Shown in pieces: positions 30,735 to 40,305 of a DNA stretch of 64,000 bases (its first letter is position 1; every line of letters begins with the position of its first letter). Below the pieces are notes generated by a model. That model was not told the origin of the DNA. It searched no databases and worked only from the letters and a program-made list of their open reading frames with translations. The stretch is from positions 928,001 to 992,000 of the forward strand of contig OZ242041.1 of NCBI GenBank assembly GCA_965205215.1, read 5' to 3'. This DNA comes from Nitrosopumilus sp. (GTDB taxonomy: Archaea; Thermoproteota; Nitrososphaeria; Nitrososphaerales; Nitrosopumilaceae). Both the position numbers and the translations under genes were made by a program.

Positions 30735-31049
30735 ATGGAAGAGGAAATAATCGAGCGCACGGTACAGCTAAGCCGGGGATCGTTCATCCTAACGATACCA
30801 CAGGCCATAGCAAAAGAGGCGGGGATCCGCAAGGGGCAGGGCGTCAGGTTTCGGGTCAGGGGCGGGGAGATTGTACTCAGCCCCACCGACGTCGCCGGCG
30901 GTGGCGGTGGCGGCGCTGCGGATCCTGCGGGCCCCGACAAGTACGAGAGGGCCATAGAGGAGATGATGGCCAAGAACGAATCCAAAAGGTCCGGCGGCCG
31001 GGGCGCGGCATCCGGGAGAAGCAAGCTGGAAAGGCTGCGGATCAAGTGA
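30735..31049 (+). CDS. AbrB/MazE/SpoVT-family DNA-binding protein
   Basis: RTVQ...GSFILTIP..IAKEAGI.KG..V.F.V.GGEIVL.P. Confidence 0.8.
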   Translation: MEEEIIERTVQLSRGSFILTIPQAIAKEAGIRKGQGVRFRVRGGEIVLSPTDVAGGGGGGAADPAGPDKYERAIEEMMAKNESKRSGGRGAASGRSKLERLRIK

Positions 31050-31151
31050 CCGTAACGGAACTCGCGCTTCTCGTCATCGGACAGCCGATCGCGGATCTGC
31101 CACACCGCCTACGTGATCTGCGGGGAAGGGACGGCGGCGGCCCGACGGCGG

Positions 31152-31418
31152 GAACGGGCTGCGGTAGTACGCGCGAAGTTTCATAGAGTTCTATGATTCT
31201 TTGCGCGTAACCGCCGCCGCCCGTTCATGCCCCCGTGCCGGCCCCGCCGCTCTGGTTGTGTGGGGGGGGGGGGAGAGGGCGGAGCCCCCCATGGTGTGAC
31301 GGCAGTGGCAGGAAGGGCCATGGTATGCGGTGCGGAAAGCGGCCTACGCCGGGAGGCTGCCCAGGCGACGTAGTTACCCGGTAACAATCATAGTGCTCTA
31401 TGATTGTTTCCGGGTAAC
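31152..31418. repeat. pair of long palindromes P1 (31168-31209) and P2 (31373-31418)
   Basis: Core (A/T)TCATAG-A/T-G-C/T-TCTATGAT with TAC(C/G)CG arms. Confidence 0.8.
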
Positions 31419-32014
31419 CACCACCACCGCCCGTTCCTACCGCCGCGCTCCTGAGGTGTAGTCTGCAAGGAATCTGTACCGGAACGCCCAGGTTGCGGCG
31501 GGCCGCCCGGCACCTGTGGAAGCTCTGGGAATGCGGTGGCAGATGTCAAACACATGTTGCAGAGGCGGCTAGGACCACCGATACGCCTGGCGGATGGCCA
31601 TTTCCTTGGTATAGCCGTGCTTTTTCATGAGCAGCTTTGCTGTCTCCTCAATATCCTTTGAGTGTTTTTTGTCTGACATGGTTACCGTTGTGCCCCGACA
31701 TACTTAATCCCTGCCTCTCGTCTCCTCTGACGCCTCCAACGCCGCTGCTGCTGCGCGCAGCCTCCTGTGTAACGCGGCGGGGCGCGCACCGGGCACCGCG
31801 ACGCCCCTGATTACACGCACTGATCCGTTTCTGCGGCGTATCTCTGACTCATGCCCTGATTCTTTCCGGGTAACTGTCGCGGCCCGTCCCTGCCGTCTCC
31901 ACCGCGGATCGTCTCCCGGACGGCTCATTGATGCGGATCCACAATCAAGAGCGCTTTTTGGCATAACGCGGAACGTCCTCCGGCCGTCCATTTTTTCACG
32001 CCTCCGGCCCAACC

Positions 32015-33565
32015 AACTTTGTTTCCTAATTCCCCCCGTGCACGCCGGCCAAGTCCATGTCGGGCGGCGGCGTGGCCGTCATGCCGTCATGCCGTCCCCC
32101 CTCCCGCCTCCCGGGCAATCGACTCGTCCCTCCACCTGTTGTACAGGGCCACCTTGAGCCTCACCTCCTGCACGATGTTCTCCCACTTGAGGGCCATCAG
32201 GTGCTCTCCGAACAGGCGCTTGAACGCCGAAAACACGCTCTCCGCGAGCCACCTCTGGCCGTAGCCTATCCGGGTCTTCCAGCATACCTGGTTCTCCCTC
32301 TTCTCCTCCGTGCTCATCAGGTCCAGGCGCGTCGCGTCCGGGCTTCCGCCCAGCTGGTCCCTTACGGATTCGCCCCCCGCGTCGCCGGATCCCCTGCCGC
32401 GCGCCGTCACGTTGATCTTGTGCAGGATGCCGGGGACCATCCGGGCCCGCGCGCACGCGGCCGCATTCTCCCTCGAGCCGTACGCGGCGTCGCCGAGCAC
32501 GACGTCGGGCGCGCCGCGGGCACCGCGGGGCGCGCCGCCGCCTACGCACAACGACGCGAGAGGGGGGACGCCGGACGTGAGAAGGTTCTCGTATCCCGTG
32601 ACGCTGCCGCCGCTGCCGCCGCTGCCGCTGCCGCTGCCGGCGACTCCGGGAGGAGGTGCGGCCATCGGCTCCGGGCTGCCCCCGTCCCCGTCCCCGTCCC
32701 CGTCCCCGGCCCCCGCGACCTGCCCGAGCAGCGCGCCGAACATGGACGAGTCGCCCACGGAGTCGTCTGTGACCTCCAGGGCCAGTATCTTCTTGGTCTC
32801 CGTGTCTATCAGAATGTGCATCTTTACAAAGCCCCGCCTCTTCTTCCACTTGGCTCTCATCCACTCGCCCCTGTTGTGCTGCTTGAGGCCGCTCGCGTCG
32901 AGCGCCAGTATCCTGCGCCTCTTCCTGTCGGACACCGTCACCACGCCGCCGGAATCCCGGCTTATGTCCGCGTCAAGCCTGTTGATCCGCTTGTACAGCT
33001 GGCTGTACGCGGGGGCGTTGGACTTGCCCACCATCCTGCCGACCATCCCCTCTAGCTGCCTGTACTTGACGCCCAGTGCGGACCTGAGGCCCGCGGCCAT
33101 CATGACGAGCGTCTCCGCGTACCGGTACGGGGCGCCCACCTTGCCCTCGTTTGCGCGCATTACGTCGTCCTCCCACCCGGGGTTGTACTCTATGACGAGG
33201 TTCGCCCCGCGCCTGACGTACTTTTCGTTGTCCGTCTTCGCGGCCGCGCCGCCGCGCCGCGCCCGGCTCATGGGCGGCACCCCTCCCCGCTCCTGCCCTC
33301 CGCAGGGGCGGGCCGCGCGCCAAGAAAACGAGCCGGATCATGATTAAATACGGACTCTGTGAACCGATGTTGACGTCTGTATAGGCACACCGATGTTGAC
33401 GTCTGTATAGGCACACCGATGTTGTATGTATCGTGTCTATCTTTCGTCACATACACTTCAAGACGTGCGTGAACGTTCCTTGTCCGTTTGATCAGGTTTT
33501 ATTGATCAAATTGGAGCCTGCGCCGCCGCAGCGGGTGCCTGCAGGCAGAATTGGGAAACAAAATT
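32015..33565 (-). mobile_element. IS5-family (IS903-group-like) insertion sequence
   Basis: 17-bp imperfect TIRs AACTTTGTTTCCTAATT (32015) / AATTGGGAAACAAAATT (33549); encloses transposase; no clear TSD. Confidence 0.75.
32087..33280 (-). CDS. IS5-family DDE transposase
   Basis: ALDASGLK...GEW, K.HILID, GDAAY, GY..R..AESVFSAFKRLFGE; Gly/Ser low-complexity insert. Confidence 0.88.
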   Translation of the reverse strand: MPPMSRARRGGAAAKTDNEKYVRRGANLVIEYNPGWEDDVMRANEGKVGAPYRYAETLVMMAAGLRSALGVKYRQLEGMVGRMVGKSNAPAYSQLYKRINRLDADISRDSGGVVTVSDRKRRRILALDASGLKQHNRGEWMRAKWKKRRGFVKMHILIDTETKKILALEVTDDSVGDSSMFGALLGQVAGAGDGDGDGDGGSPEPMAAPPPGVAGSGSGSGGSGGSVTGYENLLTSGVPPLASLCVGGGAPRGARGAPDVVLGDAAYGSRENAAACARARMVPGILHKINVTARGRGSGDAGGESVRDQLGGSPDATRLDLMSTEEKRENQVCWKTRIGYGQRWLAESVFSAFKRLFGEHLMALKWENIVQEVRLKVALYNRWRDESIAREAGGGTA

Positions 33566-33580
33566 CGTACTAGTTGGAAA

Positions 33581-33937
33581 TCAGCGAGGATTGTTTCTAC
33601 GCGCTTGTTCCCTCTCCATTTCGTCATTTTTTGCCGCGACCTTTACGATAAGTTTGTTCAGTTTTTCCCAGTCGGGTTCCATCAAGTCTATTATTTCCTT
33701 GTTCTCCTGCTCCGTAGGTGCCGCATCATACGTGTCCAGAAACCGGGTAAAGATTATGCCGTCAAAATAGCCATAAAAATAATCATAATACGCCGCAAAA
33801 AGAGCCCTATGATCATCAGTGTATATTACTAAATTTTTAAAGGCCTTGTTTGCGGGCACGCCATCTATGGCACGTATACGTTCGGCTGTTTTCTCATACG
33901 CCTCACGAATAAAATCTTTTACTTGATCGTTTTCCAC
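33581..33937 (-). CDS. hypothetical protein (AT-rich)
   Basis: 118-aa ORF with plausible composition. Confidence 0.55.
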   Translation of the reverse strand: MENDQVKDFIREAYEKTAERIRAIDGVPANKAFKNLVIYTDDHRALFAAYYDYFYGYFDGIIFTRFLDTYDAAPTEQENKEIIDLMEPDWEKLNKLIVKVAAKNDEMEREQARRNNPR

Positions 33938-33945
33938 CTAGCCGT

Positions 33946-34137
33946 TCACCCCGACCTGGGACGCCTAGCTTCATACGTGATTGCGCATATGCGGCGGTCT
34001 ATGAACTGCACGCACGTCACGTCCATCCCCATACTATCCAGTTCCTTACACCGTTCGTTTACCCTGTACAGCAGGCTCTTCACCGTTCCCTCTTCTATGG
34101 TTTCAGTCGTCTTGACCATAAGGTGTGACTGGATCAT
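33946..34137 (-). CDS. small hypothetical protein
   Basis: 63-aa ORF co-oriented with 33581-33937. Confidence 0.45.
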   Translation of the reverse strand: MIQSHLMVKTTETIEEGTVKSLLYRVNERCKELDSMGMDVTCVQFIDRRICAITYEARRPRSG

Positions 34138-34220
34138 ACGCTATTTAACCATACGGCATAATGTGCGATCAGGAAACACAGGCGCCCAACCAATATCGTC
34201 TTAAGGAAGGACGCCCGCCC

Positions 34221-35375
34221 ATGTCCGTGAGGATTGCAGCGTTTGACGCCAAAAGCTTTCAGCGCATCAAGAGGGAATGGAGCGCGGATGGGACGACGGA
34301 GGAAAAAACTAGGGCGTTCACCTCACAGCTCGGGATAGGAGTAACCATACCTGAACCTGAAACGTTTGCCAAGAAATATGTCGAGGCGAGCCAGGATCTG
34401 CGGGAAGAGTTTGGACTCAGATATGCAACGCCCTTCTTTTCGAGCACGTGCCTGAGGGACCACCTCGACATATTCGAGGCGGCAGACTTTGCGAGCCGGT
34501 TGGTGTCCCGGGTGCAGGATCACATAGAGTCCGTGCACTGCTCGTACGTTGCGCTGCCGACCTCGGAAATCACCGACATCGAGGTAGGCGGTGTCAAGTG
34601 CGCCAAGAGCCGGATACCCACGATCAAGTTCATCGAGAGCCTTGGCCCGACGTTTTCTTATCTTACCGCGCTGAGCTACATATGGACGCACGAGGGCTCG
34701 GACTTTGGCGATCTGGAGATGCACATAGACGCCTTCAGGTCCAGGCGCACCAAAGGCTGGAGCATCGTAAAGAAGACGGCGCCCGTCAAGGTATTCTACA
34801 AGGGAGACGAATGTAACCCGTTTATCTCGTGCGCCGACATAATCGCATTCCTGGTGGACGAGACACTCACCGCCAAAAGGCTGAAGCTGTTTCCAGACGA
34901 CATCAAGAGCGCGCTTGAACCCTACAAGTTCGGCAAGACCGTGCACTTTTTTGGCCCGCGCAACATACACCACTGCGCGTGGAAGATGGACCAGATGATC
35001 AACATATCCGACCATCTGGCAGGGCCGATCGTCTTTCTGGCCATAGACCGGCTTGCCGCGGAGAACCAAGACCAGGAGGACGACGCGCAGGACGGACAGG
35101 GCGACGACAGTCCGCAAAAGCCCGACGCGTCCCTAAGGCAGGCCGAAATCTACCAGGCCGCGCTAAGCCACGCCTACCAAAAAAGCGGATGCATGAAGCT
35201 CTTCAGTACGCGGGAAGACAAGGGGATTATCAAGTCTGGGGACGTCTTCATCCCCGCAGGCCCAAACTCTGCAAAGATCGGCAGGACGCTGCAGGACATG
35301 GCCGGCATAGAGATTCTCCCCGGCCGCGAGGCTATCAATCTAATCAAAAAAACGAGTAAACGCAGTGCGAACTAG
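34221..35375 (+). CDS. hypothetical protein, possibly DUF3800-like (RNase H fold)
   Basis: N-terminal strand ending in D (IAAFD), MHID, and PFISCADIIA resembling the DUF3800 IQ.AD..A motif. Confidence 0.45.
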   Translation: MSVRIAAFDAKSFQRIKREWSADGTTEEKTRAFTSQLGIGVTIPEPETFAKKYVEASQDLREEFGLRYATPFFSSTCLRDHLDIFEAADFASRLVSRVQDHIESVHCSYVALPTSEITDIEVGGVKCAKSRIPTIKFIESLGPTFSYLTALSYIWTHEGSDFGDLEMHIDAFRSRRTKGWSIVKKTAPVKVFYKGDECNPFISCADIIAFLVDETLTAKRLKLFPDDIKSALEPYKFGKTVHFFGPRNIHHCAWKMDQMINISDHLAGPIVFLAIDRLAAENQDQEDDAQDGQGDDSPQKPDASLRQAEIYQAALSHAYQKSGCMKLFSTREDKGIIKSGDVFIPAGPNSAKIGRTLQDMAGIEILPGREAINLIKKTSKRSAN

Positions 35376-35403
35376 GATACCGTCATTGCGAGGGCATCCC
35401 GCT
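35346..35403 (-). ncRNA. putative ~60 nt structured RNA convergent with and overlapping the 3' end of the DUF3800-like gene
   Basis: TTTTATAA box at 35431-35424 (- strand); hairpin GGGAUGCC/GGUAUCCU fully paired only on the - strand; ends in U7. Confidence 0.45.
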
Positions 35404-35566
35404 ACATTTAGTACGTGACAGTGTTATAAAACCATAACTGTTGCCGGTTCCTCACGCCAGGATTCTTCCCCTCCCGCCGCGCCTGTTCCTCGGGCATGCT
35501 AGGGCCGCTCGGGGGATGATCTGCAGCAGGGACGACGGTAGCGCGACGGCAGGAACGGGCTGCGGC

Positions 35567-35765
35567 GGTTACCCGCAAAGTTTCATAGAGCTCTATGATT
35601 CTTTGCGGGTAACCCGGCTGCACGCCTTGGGGGCCGCCCGCGCGCCGGTTCTGATTGCCCCTTGCAGCGTTGCGGGTCAGGGCGGTTCGGCCGGCGGATC
35701 TGTTCCGTACCGGGCCCTGACCATACCCGGAAAGAATCATAGATCTTGTTGATTCTTTCCGGGTA
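35567..35765. repeat. pair of long palindromes P3 (35567-35614) and P4 (35724-35765)
   Basis: P3 GGTTACCCGCAAAGTTTCATAGAG|CTCTATGATTCTTTGCGGGTAACC, 48 bp with 2 mismatches. Confidence 0.85.
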
Positions 35766-36106
35766 CGGCCTGCATGTCGTACTGGCTGGCTGCACTACTC
35801 ATCTGCAGGCCTGCCGCATCTGCCACACGTGCATCCTTGTCGTCGTCCGGCGGGGCCATCTCCTATACGATCACCGAGACGGACAACGGATATTACAAGT
35901 ATGGATCGGAGTAGGACGACAGCATGGACTCCCGCACCTACGTGGGCGGCGGGGACGTGACATCTAGGTCAGTCAGCCGCCAATAGAAGAACTCAGGATT
36001 GCCTGCTTCCCATAGATGCTTGGGGGGTCTGCGACTGCGCACACCCAAAGGTCAACCGATGACTCTGCAGTGACTACACGGTTCTGCCCTGACGCCGTTA
36101 TCCCCC

Positions 36107-37588
36107 TCAGTTCTCCAGACGTATTCTGCGCCTGATCAGGAACCTTTCGCCTGCCAGGTCCCTTACCAAGTCCCATCCTTTTGCGGTGCACGTCAGCAGC
36201 TCGGCCTCTCCGTCGACAATCCTACTCTCAAATGGGGACGGCCCTGCATCCGGCGCCCTGCCGTCCTCTGCGGTGGCATCTGCCGTCTGCGCCCCTTCCT
36301 CTGCAGCGGACGGCCTTTGGACTGTATTCTTCAAAGATGCGGCGGATGCATCTGCATCCCCTTTGCGCGCCGCACCGCCATCTTGCGCGAGCGTTACGGC
36401 GGCGGCGGCAGCCGCAGGCAGCGGCGCCCCCGGCGCCCCGTCCAGCGCGCCACCGGAAAGCATGGCATCGGGATCCAGCCCGTACATCTTGGCCTGCTGC
36501 CTCCACATCTCGACCAGCATCTTGCGCCTGTCCTCATCCGTGTCCTGCGTGACATCGGTGGACAGGAACGACTGGCTGCGCTCGTACGAGCGCCTCATGT
36601 CCTCTGTCATCTGCTCTGTAAGCTTGCCCTTGTTGGTGGTGTACCTGGCCTCCATGTCCCCCTTGTGCCCCATGAAGAACTGCCTGTACGCGTGCGTCAT
36701 GCACCCGTGACTCTCGGCAATCAGCAGCTGGCTGTCAAAGTACGCCCTCAGCGCATAGGGCCGCACCTTGAGCACGCTCCAGATCACGGGGCGCACCGCC
36801 GTTGAGATGACGTTCGTGGTCAGAAACCTGCTTGTATTGCCGTCCAGCTTGCTCCATCCCTTGAGGCGGTACCCATAGTGCGCCGCCACGAGCGGGGAAT
36901 CAGGCTTTAGCGTCTCGCCGCGCGCCATCCGCTCCCGCAAGTACCCGAGCACGTACTTGCAGCCCTCCTCTGCCAGGAATGTAAAGTACTTTTTTCTGAT
37001 CTTGCTGAGCTGCGGCCTCACCACCACCATTGCGGGGATTCTGGAGAAGCGGGTGTCGGATCCGTCCAGTACCAGGTCCGGCAGGTCGGAGAGCGCCAGC
37101 CCGTCGCTCTTGTCTGCAAGCCCCATGACCTGCGGCCTCATCCCAGAGAAGGCCATCATGCTTATGATCGCCCTGCACCGCGGATCTGCCGCATCAAGCA
37201 TCTTTCTGAGCTGCGCCCTGTCGGGCACCATCTCGTTTTGTATGCTTGTCGGCACTTCCATGTTTGCAATCCTTATCTTGCGCCGGATGTCGATGCGGTT
37301 GTATTCAAACCAGGACTTTATTGCAGTTATTGTTCCCTTGATGTATCCCGGCGCGTATTTCTTTTCTTCCATCCACGACACGTGGTCCAGCAGTATGTTT
37401 TCTGCCATCATGGGATCATCCCTTCCATCCTCTATCAGCTGCTTTGGCGTCATTCCCACTCTCTCACAAAAAATATTGAGTCGCCTGAGTCTTATGCTGC
37501 TCGTAAGGAAGCTTGACCTGCGCATGTTGTCGTGCCACCTTCTTACGTCGGGGTCGTTTAGCAACAGTTTTGGCGGATTTTTAGTCAT
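36107..37588 (-). CDS. tyrosine recombinase/integrase 1
   Basis: SGMRP, YALRAYF, FFMGH, EARY; start at MTKNPP (ATG 37588) chosen by alignment with the paralog. Confidence 0.88.
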   Translation of the reverse strand: MTKNPPKLLLNDPDVRRWHDNMRRSSFLTSSIRLRRLNIFCERVGMTPKQLIEDGRDDPMMAENILLDHVSWMEEKKYAPGYIKGTITAIKSWFEYNRIDIRRKIRIANMEVPTSIQNEMVPDRAQLRKMLDAADPRCRAIISMMAFSGMRPQVMGLADKSDGLALSDLPDLVLDGSDTRFSRIPAMVVVRPQLSKIRKKYFTFLAEEGCKYVLGYLRERMARGETLKPDSPLVAAHYGYRLKGWSKLDGNTSRFLTTNVISTAVRPVIWSVLKVRPYALRAYFDSQLLIAESHGCMTHAYRQFFMGHKGDMEARYTTNKGKLTEQMTEDMRRSYERSQSFLSTDVTQDTDEDRRKMLVEMWRQQAKMYGLDPDAMLSGGALDGAPGAPLPAAAAAAVTLAQDGGAARKGDADASAASLKNTVQRPSAAEEGAQTADATAEDGRAPDAGPSPFESRIVDGEAELLTCTAKGWDLVRDLAGERFLIRRRIRLEN

Positions 37589-37868
37589 GCGGTTCCAACT
37601 GCGTGGCCACCGATCTGATTTAAGGGGTTTTTTCTTATCCGTATTCTTTCCTGCCGGCGGCGGGGCCTCTTCAGACTCGGGCGTGTAAGCGCCGGGTTTG
37701 GTGGACGGAGTACGCGGGAATTTGGCAGTCGATTTACGACTCGGTTTACTGTTGCACGTATTACGCTTTGATTCGGTCTTTCCAGGCTTCGTAAAACTGT
37801 TCACTTGTTCGACAAACCCCTTCGGGCCCACTCTTACATCCGGATCGGGCCCGTTGCTCCTGCTTTGG

Positions 37869-38021
37869 TTACTGGCTCTGCTGCTGCTTTTGCTGCTCAC
37901 GCTGCTGGTACTGCAGCACGACTTTGCCGTTTGGAAGCGTGCCTGCAAACGTCCACGCACCGGATATTATCAGGCGCTCCGCGGCATCTGACTCGACTAC
38001 CGTCTGCCTGGCGCATCCTAC
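37869..38021 (-). pseudogene. out-of-frame C-terminal module of integrase 2
   Basis: -1 frame reads RQTVVESDAAERLIISGAWTFAGTLPNGKVVL, similar to the C-terminus of integrase 1 (ESRIVDGEAELL...GWDLVRDLAGERFLI). Confidence 0.55.
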
Positions 38022-39430
38022 GTTGCCAGCGCCACCGCCTGACCCTGCATGTTGCCGGCGCGCCTTAGCGCCTCTAGCATCAGGTCAAGCTGCTCTGGCA
38101 CTGCGTTCTGTATCATCTCGTGCATCTCCTGCTGCTTGTGCTCTTTTGCGGCCCGCAGTTCTGCGCGAGTCGCATTGCCGTTGTCCTCCAGGTCGAGAAA
38201 CTCTTCGGACCTCGCAAACGATTCGCGCATCTCCTGCGCCAGCATCTCAGGCAGCATGCCCTTGTTCGTGGTATATCTTGCCTCCATAGACCCCTTGTGC
38301 CCCATGAAGAACACCCGGAAGTCGTGGGCGATCATGCCCTTGGACTCTGCAATCAGCAGCTGCGTGTCAAAGTACGCGCGCAGCACGTACGGCCTCCACA
38401 AAAAGCGGGGGCGGAACGTCTTGCGGATCTCCTTGCTTATGTGCGGCGTGAATATGAACGCCCTGTGCGCGCGCCTGCCCATGTTCTGCGGATGCCTGTG
38501 GTCGGGCGCAATCACGGCAGAATCTCCGTGGAGCGGCTCGCCGCATGCAAGCCTGTCGTTCAGGTACGCGAGCAGCTTGGTGGTACCAGACGCCGTCAGG
38601 AACGTAAAGTACTGGTGCCTGGTCTTTGACAGCTCGGCGCGCACCGTAATCCGGCACGGCGCCCTGATGCACTTTGCCACGCCCTGGTGTATCACCACGT
38701 CGGGCAGGTCGCGCATCCGCAATCCGTCAGAACCGTCGTGATTTCCCATAACCTCTGGCCTGACGCCTGACTTTGACATCAGCGAGATCATGGCGGCAGT
38801 CCGCAGCGGCGCCCTTGCAAATACCTCTGCAAGCTCGCCCGCGTTGGGGACGCGCTCGTTCTGCAGCGTCGGCGTCTGGTTCATGTTCCTGATCTTCACC
38901 CTGCGCCTTATCTCGACGTCAAAGTGCGACAGCCATGACTTTATGGCCTTTACGTAGCTGCTGACGTAGCTTGGCGCATACTGCTTTTCCTCCATCCACG
39001 TGATGTGGTCCTCTATCAGGTTTGTAACTGTCCTGACGTCCTTCATGCCTAGGTCTGCAACTTCCATCGGAGTCATCTCGTGCGTGCGGCAGAACATGTC
39101 AAGGCGCCTGAGCATCGTGTCTGCCGTAATGGCGGATCCCCTTGACATGTTGGCGTGCCACCTGCTGATTTCCGGATTGCTCAGCATCCGGGCCTTGTTT
39201 GACGTCTTTGCAGGTCGTCTGCAGTCGTTGTCGTCGTTTCTGTGTTTGACAGTGTTGTTGTCTGTAGTGGCTGAGTTGTGGTTTCCCATATCGGTCAGCC
39301 TCTCGGCGACTTCATCCTTGCATGCCGTATGGTCTGACTTGCTTATTTCGCTTTTGCACGCGCCCGTGCGTGGGGGTTGATCGCAGTATGTATCGAGCGT
39401 TTCACAGCACGCCTTTCTGTGCGTTTCCAT
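38018..39430 (-). CDS. tyrosine recombinase/integrase 2 (paralog of integrase 1)
   Basis: SGVRP, YVLRAYF, FFMGH, EARY; start uncertain. Confidence 0.88.
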   Translation of the reverse strand: METHRKACCETLDTYCDQPPRTGACKSEISKSDHTACKDEVAERLTDMGNHNSATTDNNTVKHRNDDNDCRRPAKTSNKARMLSNPEISRWHANMSRGSAITADTMLRRLDMFCRTHEMTPMEVADLGMKDVRTVTNLIEDHITWMEEKQYAPSYVSSYVKAIKSWLSHFDVEIRRRVKIRNMNQTPTLQNERVPNAGELAEVFARAPLRTAAMISLMSKSGVRPEVMGNHDGSDGLRMRDLPDVVIHQGVAKCIRAPCRITVRAELSKTRHQYFTFLTASGTTKLLAYLNDRLACGEPLHGDSAVIAPDHRHPQNMGRRAHRAFIFTPHISKEIRKTFRPRFLWRPYVLRAYFDTQLLIAESKGMIAHDFRVFFMGHKGSMEARYTTNKGMLPEMLAQEMRESFARSEEFLDLEDNGNATRAELRAAKEHKQQEMHEMIQNAVPEQLDLMLEALRRAGNMQGQAVALAT

Positions 39431-39523
39431 GCTATCTTATTATAATCTAGCATATATAAAGATGTCTTAATTTAAGCCAGCAAGCAAGTGTTTAAAAACG
39501 GTGTCGCATCATAAGACAGCAAC

Positions 39524-39775
39524 ATGACGCTGATAGTAAAGACCTCCAGAGGCGCCAAGTACCTGTACTTTCAGGCGGGCCCAAAGTCCCTGTACATTGC
39601 GCCAAAGGACGACCCCTCAAAGGCCAAGACGGAGAACGTGAAAAAGGCCATCGAATACACGCAGGAGAGGATCAAGCACTACAACGAATCCCTTGACGAG
39701 CTTTTGCAGTTTCTTCCGCCCAAAGAGCGCAAACCATATGCCGTACCTAGCAACCGAATTCGCAACAGTACCTAG
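39524..39775 (+). CDS. small basic protein divergent from the integrases (excisionase/accessory candidate)
   Basis: IVKTSRGAKYLYF beta-hairpin plus helix; position. Confidence 0.55.
   Translation: MTLIVKTSRGAKYLYFQAGPKSLYIAPKDDPSKAKTENVKKAIEYTQERIKHYNESLDELLQFLPPKERKPYAVPSNRIRNST
39742..39772. repeat. 22-bp motif arm next to the integrase locus
   Basis: CGTACCTAGCAA-C-CGAATTCGCAACAGTACC is an inverse of arm E plus its flank (41541-41574). Confidence 0.65.
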
Positions 39776-40188
39776 AGACGTGGGGTAACCGTTCAATCTC
39801 TCCCAAAATTTAGGTATAGATTTCACTATAGTCAAGAGCAAAAGTTCATGAGCAAAGATTTGCTCTAGACCGAACTGCCAAGAACTGGTGACCTGTGATA
39901 GGCTGTCAAAAGAGTGACCTAACTACTGTGTCCTAGGACTGGTAAGTTATAGTGGCCTGAAATCCTCTGAAAAGCGGGGAGCTGGAGGATCAGTACTTGT
40001 ACAATAGATCTGACTGCAATGATCGGCAGTATTATAACTGCACTCGTCCATATGATCGCAGAAAATGATTATTACTCTGGAAAAATCAAGGACGGTTGGC
40101 ACCCGTAGCTCATTCGCCCGACAGCTCCCGAATTGGAAGTGGAACCGCCAACAAATATTCTTTTATACGTGTGTGGCGTATCATATTC

Positions 40189-40305
40189 ATGTCGGAAACC
40201 AAGGGCAAGGGAAAATCCACCTCCTACCAAGGTCTGCTTAAAGGGAGTGTCGAGGCGCAAGGACCAGTGGGATCAAAACCAAAACGTCTCCCGCCAGAAA
40301 ATTGA
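40189..40305 (+). CDS. 38-aa Gly/Lys/Pro-rich peptide coupled to the DUF6338-like gene
   Basis: MSETKGKGK...PKRLPPEN; TTTTATA upstream; stop overlaps next start. Confidence 0.45.
   Translation: MSETKGKGKSTSYQGLLKGSVEAQGPVGSKPKRLPPEN

Noticed and set aside
31569-31679. 36-aa ORF MSDKKHSKDIEETAKLLMKKHGYTKEMAIRQAYRWS on the - strand
   Set aside because: Protein-like but too short to support without homologs.
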